From Pseudogymnoascus verrucosus (Eukaryota), in the NCBI GenBank assembly GCA_001662655.1, contig KV460250.1: a DNA stretch of 64,000 nucleotides, one strand, 5' to 3'. The first letter of the stretch is position 1; every line of letters starts with the position of its first letter. Positions 35,551 to 47,587 of this stretch are shown in pieces. A program made the position numbers and the translations under genes. The notes under the pieces were generated by a model. It saw nothing but the letters and a program-made list of their open reading frames with translations, searched no databases and was not told the DNA's origin.

Positions 35551-38500
35551 TAGTTGGTGGCGGTGTGTAGGGCGCGGGGGGGATCTGGATGTGTGTGCAC
35601 CTCCGTCACTAGAGGCAGTTAGCAGCCAGCGAGTGGGGGCCTAACTCACTCAAGAGTGGAGTTCACACAAACACAAACACCCGATTCTCTGCATCCCCTA
35701 TCCCCACCCACCGCGCATCCTCTGGTATCCTCAATCTTATAAAATTCAAGAGTGGATAACCCCCCCAAGCCTCATCCTCAACCTCCCTCCACATCCATCA
35801 CCAGGCGCGATTTGAGGCGTGCTTGAGGCGCTGGAGGGCGTCCGCCATTCGGCCGTTCGTCGGACGCGTGCCGTGTGTGGATTTGTGATGGCGCTGGATG
35901 CTCGGGATCTTGTCTCGATGGGGGTTGGGGAGGATTAAGCTCTCGAAGGGGGGGGATGATCTTTTGGGTGTGAGGGATGGGAACACGGACCCTGGTGTTA
36001 GGGCGGGCTTGGCGGGAGGGACAGGGGAGGTGGGAGGGTGGGTGGGAAGGGAGAGGAGATTGGGGCGGGCTTGGCTTGGGTGGGTGGAGGGAGTGGTTGT
36101 GGTGATGGGGTGGAGCTGGGATGGGGGGTGTAGGAGGAGGAGGAGATGGAGTTATTATGATGGGAGTTTGAATATGGGCAGCGTGGGATAGATTGGGAGT
36201 GCGTATGTGAGAGTGCGTGTTCTTGTTAGACGTAGAGTGAGTGAGTGAGTGAGTGAGGGTATATCTTCTATTCCTCACCTATACTCACACTCACACTCTT
36301 CCATTCTATCTATCCGTCCATGCTATACAGTACCATTTGCTGCAGTATGCCACAGCAAATCTCTTCCCTTCGTAACCACCACCAGTGGAGCATCCACTCT
36401 CCAAAAAACTCACTCTTGGAAATTGTCAACAGGGGTACCCTCCCCGGGTGACAGGCCTTGGCGGCGGATGTGGGGGATCGCTCGCCGGGGGGTGGTGGAT
36501 GGTGAGGTGGTGAGGTGAGGTGACGGAATGGGACTGGGAAAACGCGGAATGGGAAGGGGGGGAAGGGGTGAGTACAAGGGACGGAGGAGGCGTAAAGGAG
36601 AGCGGGAATAGTGGGAGAGTGAAGAGGGACGGAACGGCAATTGTGGGAGGGGCTTGATGAGGTCCCGGGCGTGCCTGCCTGTCTAATTTGACTGGCAACG
36701 GGATGTTTGGTAGAGCATGAGCAAGGACGTTACACTACCTACACCCATCGTGTCGTCGAGCACATACAGTTAGTCACTCGCAGGTCCATCAACTAACCAC
36801 ATCACAGACGTGAGGGCGGGACAGGCGTTGGTGTGGGCGTGGGCGTGGGCGGCACACGGCGATCGGCCATGGGATCGCCGTACCAAGCGATGGGCTAGTA
36901 TGTCGGTAATTGCCGGGAGAGGGAAGGGAGTGGTAATGGTGATGATATGGATATGCTGGGTTTGACGGTGTTGGCGGTGGGTTGGCGATGGATTGGCGGT
37001 GGGTTTGGCGTACAGTGCCGTGGTGTGGAAGGGAAGGAGTGGGTGAGTGGGTGAGTGGGTGATGGGAGAACTGGGCAGGGGAGGAAAGAGAGGCGTATGG
37101 CAGTGTTTACAACGGCGGTAGGAGTGGGATTGGGATTGAATCCACTGTTCCTGCGCTGCACTGCACTGCAGTTACTGCAAGTCGTGAAGCTGTGAACTGT
37201 GAACTGTGCACTGACTGCGTGCATGTGCATCTGTCACTCTCTATCGCTGTCCCTTCCCCGTTGATATCGCCCTATCGCCTCCTCTGCCCTGCCTGCTGCA
37301 TACTAACAAACTGACTGACTGTGCTCAACTCAACATAAATAAGATGGGGCCGATGCGATGCAGCTGCGCTCGTATGCGGAGGTCGGAGAAGGAGACATGT
37401 CATGTCAGCACGGCGTAACTGTTGATTTTTCTGCCTCTGCCGCTGCCACTACATCTCATCTCATTTCTTTCTTGCGCATATTCATTTTTCACTCCTTGCC
37501 ACCACTCACTTTCCCACTCTGCCTCCACCCATCCGTCATCCATACTCATCTCTCATCTCTATCCCATCCATTCCATCATCATCCCTTCTCCACTTACTTC
37601 CTCCTTCCTCCATCCTCCACTCCGTCCCCATCTGTAAGTATCTGCAGTAGCCTCCTCGCCGCCCTGACCACCGCCCCCAACCTCAACCCCACCTTCAATC
37701 TCCATCCCAGCAGACCCGTCTCCACCGCATTCTCTCTCGCAGCACACCTGAAACACACTACACCGCCGATCCCAATCTATCCCCCACCACCATCACCACC
37801 CAGGGACCACATCCCGATAGTAAAAATGCTCTACGTACTTTCTACATGATGTTTGGGAAGGTAAATTGTACCCATATCAGTTACAGATGTAATATAAAAA
37901 TTTCTCAAAACTTAAAGAGTACATTACGAATAGAGATGGGCAAATATTTCAGCTTATTTCCCCTTTTTTCCACACCCACGTTCTTCTCCACTCCCTCTTT
38001 CGGGAAGGAAGGACAGAGGTGGCTTTTTCCCAAAACGGGAGATTGCCCTGGATGGATCTTGATGGGTGGAGACAGACAGACACCTTGATGACCTACCTCG
38101 ATGACTTAACCACACGATACCATGAACTTTGAACCACCTTGAAATGGATCCCTGAAAAAGAGAGAAAGAAAAGGTACTCCATACGCCGTTCGATTAGGGG
38201 ATGGGGGTAGAAGAATGTGAAACATCCACCAAGCATTCTGTTCCCCTCCTAGTCCACCTAGTCCGCCTAGTTTGCTGTAAGTTGTTTCTTCAATCTCGCG
38301 GATAATACTGGGTCCCTTTGCCCGACTTCGTGGTTTGCGCCTGGTTGGTTAGCTGCCAAGACATGAAGGATATGAGATGAGATGAGAAGAATATGATGGT
38401 GTTTTTTTTTTTTTTTGGTCAACGGTGTAGTCTCATTACGGCACCGGGCTGTCACGCCAACCAAACTATGGTTGATGAAATTCAACTAATCAGTCACTGG

Positions 38501-41066
38501 TGGAGGATATGTCCAGCTTAGGGTCCGCGCCCGAGATGAGATGTGGACGCCCGCTGCTTGTTCTTCCCGGTGGGCTCTTGGATCTGTACTGTGCGTGCCT
38601 GTGTGCTGTGTCTGGCTGTACACGAGCCATTTCGGGCAATTCGTTGTGTGACGCCAGATCGGATTCGGGGAACAATGGGAGAAAAGACGGGCAACGAGCA
38701 TTATGCGCTTCTCACCTCCTGTTGGGTGGTTGGATTCGGTGAATGGGAAGTTCAATGGGCCTTGCATCCTGCCCATAGAGCCTTGTAGGAGTGGGATTCT
38801 CAGACCTGCTCTCACCCAGTGAATTCTCTCTACATGCATTTTCCCCCATCTCTCTTTCTCTGTACACTACAGTAGTCAAGCAATTGTCCGGTCGTCTCGT
38901 TTCGTTTCAATTCCCACTGCAGGCATCATCCCCGAGGCCTGGAGATTGCGGACCAAGAGAAAACGAAACGAAACGAAATGATTCCTGAGCGTGGCATAAT
39001 ATCGGGTCGAGATCCGGTGATGGGGTGTTAGCTCCAAAATGGTGGCTGTGCATCGACTTCCCTGCAACCGATCGATCAGCTAAGAGCTAAGAGTTGTAAA
39101 AAATGCGAGATGTATGTGTGTGTCGTCGATACAGTGCTACTCTACAAACATGGAGTCTCCAACTTCCCTCCCCTCCCCTCCCCCTTCCACCCACCCTTGC
39201 GATCGCCGATTCGGGCACGAACGGCTTTGGGGCAAGGGCGGCGCTGGCATGGTTGGCTGTCCGTGGTGTGGTGGGTTTTTATCTGGCGTGTTAGTGGAGT
39301 AACTGCAAAGTGGGTATAGGCATGGGTTGTGGCATCTTTCTTTTTCGCAAGGACCAGCATTGCATTGGCAACGACGACGACGACACTAACTTTTTTACTT
39401 TCGGCCATGTTTCAGATTTCGAAGGATCCGCTTTGCGCTTAATTGGTCCGTCGTCGTTGAGCAAGGGTGCCACTTTGAGAGATGCTCCGGTGTTCGTTTT
39501 TGGTCTTGCTGGGGGGGAAGGGGGGGGGCTGCAGATGGAAAATGACGGGGAGGGAACAATATAACAAGCAGATTGCGGTGGTTAGCCGCTTGGAGCGATG
39601 TGATTATATGATGATTCTTTTTGGGTGATGGTTTTTGCAAGGAATGGGGTGATGCGAGAGGCTATCTTGAGACGGGAGTTTGATTGCAATTATGTATGTG
39701 TGAATGAATCTGTAAAAGGTAGAGACGTTGAGAGGTTGAGCCTGAAGGGGATAGATAGCAGGGTAAATACGGCTGAGGGAGTGAGTGAGACTGTGGGATG
39801 AGATTTGTGAGTGAGGACAAGAGACAGCAAGAACCCTGTTGCCGGCAGTCGAGGATGTCACTCTGTTACAGACTACCCTTTTCCCTTTTCCCCTTTCCCT
39901 CTCTCCAATTTGTGTATGCAAGCCATGGGAATTTGGGCAGCCCTACCGCTCCTCCTCCATCTTCTCCGTACTCTACCCACCATCGTATCTCTCTCATCTC
40001 ATTTTCCATCACTCGCAGCAAACAGGGGGAACGTGCCGTCGGTGCTTGCTTGCTTGCTTTGCTCAATCTGATCTGATGGTACTCTACTCCATAACTCCCC
40101 TTAGCTCACGTGCCTCCCGAGCACTAGTCATCCCGGTGTGAGTGGGCCAGCAGTCAGAATCGGGCAGTTGCTCCTTCACTTCCTCTGGGCGAGCAGGATC
40201 CCACGACGCCACCGCGCCCAACTATAATCCGCCACGGCCAGTTGATTGATTGCGGGCCTCCGCCAGTGACGCCATCGTGGACATTGTGAATTTGGAAGAC
40301 AGGGCAAAAGGGGGGGAAGGGAAGGATCATTTTCTGGCCCTCTCTTGCCCTGTCTTGTCTTGTCTCTTTCTGTCTGTTTTGCCCGTTTGGGCCGTCTTCT
40401 TTCTCCTCTGGTTGCCCTTTTCTACCGTGGAGTCCGTCCTCTCCCCTCCCTCCCGCTAACTGCTGGCCGAACACGTATCAACGGGCAGAGGGTGCTGGTT
40501 GCTTGGCCAGTAGGAGTGAAGATACGGATGGCACCTACGTAACTGGATATGGAACTAACGGGGTGGGTTTGTTTGGGGGGGTACTTTACTTTGTACGTGG
40601 AATTGGCTGTACAACCAAAGTACTCCCTATGCGTTTCTGAGTGCATGAAGCATGAGCGCCTGAGTGTGAGTCCGTGTCTTTTTTGTTTTGTTTGTTTTTT
40701 GTATGGATATATGTATGTATCTACTTGAAGCTAACATCAGCTTATCTTACTGTACATAAAACTCGCAGGTTGATGGATGATGTATCCCTTCGCCAGCCTC
40801 GTGTCAGTATCCCTTCACAGACAAGCATAGCAGCATAGCATAGCACGTACTATGAGACAAGCTGGCTGGCCAGTCAACTCTCTTACTCACCCACTCATCC
40901 ATCACCTTACTCAGCCAGCCAGGAACAGTCTGCTATCCCATACCCATATCCATATCCCATCCTATCCATACAGTACCAGACATACCGTCGTGCAACAACC
41001 TCCAGTCGGTGGAGTAAGGCGGACAACGACAAGCCCGGGCAGGGTAAGTTGAACCGGGAAGCATCC

Positions 41067-41090
41067 CGCACGCACGCACGCACGCACGCA
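41067..41090. repeat. (CGCA)6 microsatellite
   Basis: Read directly from the sequence. Confidence 0.95.
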
Positions 41091-42420
41091 CAACTGACCA
41101 CTGTAAATTAGCTTAGCATGCACCATTACACCACTACTTTGCTCTCCTGCTTTGTACTCCTATCACCATTTCGCGGTGTTCTCTGGGCTGTTGTGGAGTT
41201 AAAAGGTACATGAGACGGCACTGGCGCCGTGAAGGGTAGTGCCTGATGATGATGATGATGAAGACGGTAGACTAGCTGTAAGTGACTGTAGTGGCGTACT
41301 AGGAATACTAGCAGGACCCTCTTAAATGTCCCATCTCCGTCCTTGACCACAACATCGTCGACCCTGAACCCACCACTTACCTAGCTGAATCTACGACGGG
41401 GCGTGCACCGATTTAATTTGCATGTTTTGTAATGTATGTACCTTCACCTACCTTCACCATATTCACCACATTCACCCCCCTCCCCTCCCACACCCTTCTC
41501 TAACTTCCCCTTTCCCTTACTCTCCCTCTACTCTGATTTGTCTTTAGCTCTTCAGTTAACATGGAAGTACTCCGCACTCTATGGCCACACCCCCACTTTA
41601 CTTACTGTACTGTAAACTCCTACTCTACTCTACTCTACTCAAACTAACCTATCTACGTACCCTCCTACTGCACCACTATGCTCTACTACGCTGCTACTCG
41701 GTACTTGTCCTGGTCCTGGTCCCTCTCCCATCGTCTTAGTGGCTTAATTCACCAAAATTCGACATAATTCCAGAAAAAAAAAACAAGTCGCTGCTTTCTC
41801 CTTGGCCAACCCGTCTTTAACCTATCCCACAATTCTTTCGGAGACGTCTTTCCTCTCTCATCTCTCACCTCCACTCCTCTCCACCGCCTCTTTACGCCTT
41901 TGCGCCTCTTTTACGCCTTGTCTCTCTCTAAGCTCACCTCCCCCCCCCCAACCACCAAACCCCGGCAACTCTCTCTTTTGCTGTACCAACATAACAGCAT
42001 ATACTTACTTACTCCATACAATACATCTGACTTTCTTACTTTTTCAGTTCCTCCTTTTTAACGCCCTTCTTACCCCTCCCTCCCTCATCCTCCATTCCCC
42101 GTTCCTTCCCACCCTCTCTTATTACTTACTGTGTACTAGGTACTTTTATTATTACTCGCCGTCACCCTACTGGATCGGGTCCTGCGAGTCAGCTTCAAAC
42201 TAAGAGATCATCATCCCCCGAAATTATAGTATACTCAACTAGAGTACTCCTTGTTACTGTAAACCTTCAACGAATTCCCCACTCCTTCGGCAACTGCTTC
42301 AAACTATCGTACCATAGTTCTGCCGTACTTGGCTGTACTTACCCTTAGCCGTTGGGAAAGCATCATCCCGCTGCAGTATCATATATCCCATCTCTTGACT
42401 GCATGCAGGTTATATTCTCG

Positions 42421-42430
42421 TATATAAATA
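42421..42430 (+). promoter_or_regulatory. Candidate TATA box ~1.2 kb upstream of the nsdC-like ATG
   Basis: TATATAAATA is followed by a long ATG-poor, C/A-rich stretch. Confidence 0.4.
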
Positions 42431-42880
42431 AAACGGAAAATCTCGTCTCCCGTCAATTTATCTTGCTCAAACTTTGCCCTGTATACAGTACATAGAACAC
42501 GTAGAATACGTACTTAGTACCACATCTTGGTTTTGGATCCATATAGTTGCCCACCTATCAAACCCCGCCAACGGCCAAGATACAGCGGCCATACAGGATG
42601 TCCATACAAGCAACCACCAACCACACCTAATCCTGGCTTGTGCGTGTAAAGATACATAACAAAAAAAAAAAAGAGGGCATAAATGTGTACAAGGCCGGCA
42701 GCCAGCCTCGAGGAACAAGAGACATCCAATCCTCCTATACACCACCAACTAATTACACCCTATTAAAATACTACACCCACTACCGTAACATACCTACAAT
42801 ACTTCCCATACAATCCCGTACATAACATCCCAGAAAGCTGGTTTTAAGGAAACTTCAACGAAACGAGAGAATAAAAAGTT

Positions 42881-42899
42881 AGAGAGAGAGAGAGAGAGA
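42881..42899. repeat. (AG)9 microsatellite
   Basis: Read directly from the sequence. Confidence 0.95.
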
Positions 42900-43660
42900 T
42901 AAAACCACCACCCAAACTACCTTATTCGCCCATTCATAACTCACTCACTCACTCAACTACCAAGTTTTTCACCAGGAAAGATAATAAGGTGTCCTCGAGA
43001 AAAAAGGGTACTTATAACTTTGAGTACTATATACTTAAAGGACGGGTCTTCTATCCTGCAACCCACGAAGATCCTTACCCGTCGAAAGAATCACTTGGGT
43101 TCCCATACCGACCGAACTGACTCTACTCTACTCCACACATCTTTTGGGTCCCCAGCTATACTCGAACTACTCAAAACTACTCAAACTATCCTGTCTCCAT
43201 CCCCGTCCCTATCCCTTGCTCTTTCTACCGGCTACTACTCTGAACTACTACCGCTACTACCGCTACTACTATACCGCTATACACTAAAAAACTAAAGCTG
43301 CTACTCCGCACCCAACCTTCCTTCCCACATCTCCACACACCGTTCGGACTATTACCAGTTTCGTTCTTTCTCCATACTTTAGGCCCTGTCCCACACCCTA
43401 GCCAACCAGCTACCAGCGCCACTCCAAACTGTCAACCCAGCTTCACGATACCTACATAAGGAACGCTGATCCCGTCTTTCCTCTCTGTATGATCGTCTGA
43501 ACCTTATATCCACCAAGTTACATTTGGAAGCCGCCTCCCCCAATCCTTCCAGGAACAAAAATCACCACCGCACACCATATACATACCACGACCGCGACCT
43601 TTACATATCGGCCTCCCGGTCCCTTCTCATAACTGACCTTACACACAATAATTGTCGATT

Positions 43661-44914
43661 ATGACTATGGCCATAGACCATCAACAGCGTCAATTTGGCG
43701 CTCTGAACTTCGATCACATGCCTTATAATCACTCGCCGCATTTCACAAACCCGTGGAGTGCTTCCTCTGCGCCTCCTCCCCAGAGCCTGTATTCTTCTTC
43801 ATCACACAGCCTGAACCCCATCAGCTTGGACTCGATACCCAAGGAACCGCCGGCAAGACTTGGCTCGCACGCCTCCTCCATGCCACCATACGCCTCCGCC
43901 CCTCAGTCTTCAGCTTCCGCAGGTAGCGCCCCCATGGGGACCGTGTACGGGCAGCAGCAGATGCTCAGCTTGCCCCAAGATGTGATGAGCCAGAACCGTG
44001 TCCAGCCGCCCAATCCCGCCTACGGCAGCAGCGTTTCCTACTCTAGCGGAGGCTCCTCCCACCCAACCTACGCAACCTCCACGCCCTACGATTCCATGGG
44101 CTATACTGCGGCGCCAGTACGGTCGACGTATGCGCTCCAGCAGCAAGCACAGGCGGACAATTCGCGGAGACTATCACAGCCGTCAGTTGCCTCAAGTTCC
44201 CTTCTCACAACCGCAACCGAGAATGAACGTCGGCGTCAAAGCTCCCTTATTGACTTCAATAGCAGAAGTGTGAGTTCCGAGACGACCCGAGACTTTGGTG
44301 ACGCGATCAACGCGAGCCGTGGGATGATCGCTATGAGCCAGAACACCACCCCGCGCAACATCTACGGACCCGGTGCACGCAACGGGCGCGGATCGGGCGA
44401 CTCGTACGGATTCCCCGCCACGCACTCCACAAACTCGTCCATATCTTCTTCTGGAACTTATCCAGCTTATTTTGGTGGTTCTGTCGATTCGTCTCTCAGC
44501 GACTATTCTAATGCCGGATCAGATATCGAGACTGCCTCGTCGAGGACTCTCCCAAGGCCGCCTGGGTTTATGGGCGGAGGTGCTCCCCCCGCTCCTTCGT
44601 CTATGATGGGCCAATTCAGCTCCAAGGTTTCCTCCAGCGCGCAGAAGAAGCACAAGTGTAAAGTGTGTGATAAGCGCTTTACACGCCCCAGTTCGCTCCA
44701 GACGCACATGTACAGTCACACTGGCGAGAAGCGTATGTTGAACACCCCCAATGGAGCCAAGACGAGATTTACTGACTATTTAATAGCTTTTGCGTGTGAG
44801 GTTGAAGGATGCGGTCGTCACTTTTCTGTCGTCTCGAACCTCCGCAGGCATCGAAAGGTGCACAAGGGAGGAGCGCCTTCCGAAGCGGGATCCGACGACC
44901 ATCACTCAGAATAA
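43661..44914 (+). CDS. nsdC: C2H2 zinc-finger developmental transcription factor, NsdC-like; intron 44733-44786
   Basis: Two C-terminal fingers, [53 protein letters not shown] after splicing, preceded by [11 protein letters not shown]. The N-terminus is S/P/Q-rich. Confidence 0.85.
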   Translation: [417 protein letters not shown]

Positions 44915-46637
44915 AAAGATTTCAAAAACAAATTAACGCCAAAATACTGCACCTTGCATCGATACCCATGTTCCGAAGACTGCGACGTAGACGAGAAAGA
45001 AAGAGAGAGTTTGTGCGAGAGAGTTGCGAGAGAGCAAAATTTCACGAGAGCCATGTTATGAGGGAGGGGACAAACGTCTAATCTGTGGATATGTTACTGC
45101 ATTATTCGACTAATTCTGTGGATATTCAAATTGACGGTTGGTCATGCGGAGAATCGCCATATGTTTTTTCCTGGCTTCTCAAATCACGATCACTACAATA
45201 ATACTGTACTATTTTAGGGAGGGGAAGAGGGACAGGTGGGGGCTGGGAGGGAATATGGAACTGGAATACTTGGGGGGGATTCTACATTAAACCGCGTGTG
45301 GAATGGAAGGGGGGGAAACTGCGTGGCGTTCAGGGCAGACTACTTTTTCTTCGATTTTTACTGTATCACTGTATCAGTGTTGCGCAGATTCTCATTGCAC
45401 TCAATGTCGATATATACCCATCATCAATCATGTAGTTGTCTGGGTCCGGGGATGAATTAGGACATAGCATAACGGTCGTTTCAATAATAAAAATACCACA
45501 ATGAAAAGAAAGGGATGGCGGCTTCGGCCAACACTCAACAGTCAATCAATCAATCACCAGCTTTTCCCAAATTGACCTGTGAAATTTGCCTGTGAAATTG
45601 CCCTCTATCTCCATCACACCATCTATCTACCGAGCTCAACAACTCGACTCGAGAGAGAGGCTGTGCAAGTAAGTTAGTTGGTTGCCACCTACTCCATTCC
45701 ATCAACCCACATCATCTCCCACCCATCCTATTTTCGGAAAACCACTCTCAAGAAAACTCGCGCAGCCGAGCCAAAAGGAAGGAGACAGATAAGAGAGTCT
45801 TTACCCATTCTACCAGCCCGAAACACGCATCTCCATGCATGTGACACTCCCCCTCCGCCCTCCTCACATAGAGTACGCTGCTCAATTGGCCCAGGGACGT
45901 CGCAGCGGTGCGTGGGAAGACGTCACTTTCTTCGGACTGTGCCGAGTGGTTGGTGGGTGGGGGGTCACATAGACGGTGTGGTTTTGGGGGTTACGTATGG
46001 CATTGGTATGTACTATAGAGGGAAGGAGGGATTGGGGGCAGGGCAGGGGATGGGGGGTTGAGTGTACGCTGTGGGTTGGTGTTGGTGCTTCTATCGTCGA
46101 TTTCCCGTGCGGCGGCGGCTGCGGTGGTGGTGCTGGTCGATTTTCAGGGTCCAGCATCGCATTCCGCCTGTAACTTCGGCGCCACGGTACTACATCCCCC
46201 TCCCATCCCATCCCGCAGCGCGTGCGTACCATACCATCATACGGTACCCGTCCTCACCCAAAAGAACAACAAGCAGTTACTGATACAGATACAGATAGGT
46301 AGCAGTTAGTCAGTTACCAAAATAACCACAACCACCGCCTACCTCCACATGAGACACCACCTCAAATTATGGTTCACACCACGCCCAATCCGCCATGATC
46401 GTCATGCGATCGTCATCGTCCCGATCAGCGCCCAGCCATTCCGACGTCGGGAACTGGGGGGTGGCGGCCTTGGGGCGGGGAGGAGGGATCCTGAAACAAT
46501 GAAGGCCCCACAGGTGGTGTGTGGGAAGGGGGGAGGGAGTTCTGCAGCAGGATCTCTGGTGGGGGATGGGGGGTTGAGTTATTATTGTGGCGGCGAGAGA
46601 GGGAAGGGAGTACTTCCACAGTTGGTGGCGCTAATGG

Positions 46638-46664
46638 ACTACTAACACTACTAACACTACTAAC
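46638..46664 (+). repeat. (ACTACTAAC)3 tandem repeat
   Basis: Read directly from the sequence; it contains three TACTAAC. Confidence 0.95.
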
Positions 46665-47587
46665 CGGTGTGATGTACATAGAATGCGTGGGCGGAAGGTG
46701 TCGATGCCGCTGTTCCAAGGGCTTCTCCCGTGTGTACATGGTCCCTTCTCGGCTTCTTATTCGCATGTACCAACAAAACAGCATGTGGGCGCCTTAGTCA
46801 AGAGTTTCTCCCAGCCCGTCCGTCCAGCTGAGCGGGGATATATGGGGGTACTGTATCTTACCTGCTATTCCCGCGCGCAATTCCCACGCGCAATTTAATT
46901 GAGCGGGCTTGCTTGCTAACCTTTCTCGCCGCCGCCTACAGATACTGCACGTCGCGATATTGGTGCTGCTGTGATCATACGTCGGTGGCGTTGCGGGGGG
47001 GCGTCGCATCTTCAAACGGCGGTGCTAGCGCGGGGAACGGCATTGGCGGTGTGGGAGGAGCGACAGGGGGGGAGGGGAGTGATGGATGCGGTGGACAACG
47101 TCATCGGGGGGTACCTGGGAAGACCTTGGTTGGGAGAGAGTGGTTCTGTGGTTTTGTTGATGATAGATAGTTGGCAGGTTTTTGAATATGCTGGAGATTG
47201 TGTACAGTACCTAGAGGGGCAGGTGACTGGAAGTTTGATTGCGGTTTTGGATTATGTCAGTTTCATGTCGTTGGGGGCGAGTCTCTTGGGGTTTAATCGG
47301 TACTTACTGGATGTTCAATAAAGCATGGCCAAGGAAGCCATGGAAGCTTGCAGCGACGGCGTTACTGATCACGAACCACAGCATCCTAGAAACTGAGTAA
47401 GTAGTCTACACTATCACAGAACAAACGATCCAGCGTTGGTTGTCACTCCCGTGTATTATCTACCTGTATTAACTACCTCGCCATGCCTGCCTGCTAACTA
47501 AAGTACACATATCAATCACAATCACATAACGCCCGCGACCCCTTGTCCCCCATTCCCGCCTTCCTTTTCCCACGCGCTCCCAAAGCT

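Noticed and set aside
35778..36278. 166-aa Pro/His-rich minus-strand ORF
   Set aside because: It has no ATG start, and stop-free frames are expected in C-rich low-complexity DNA. It cannot be fully excluded without expression data.
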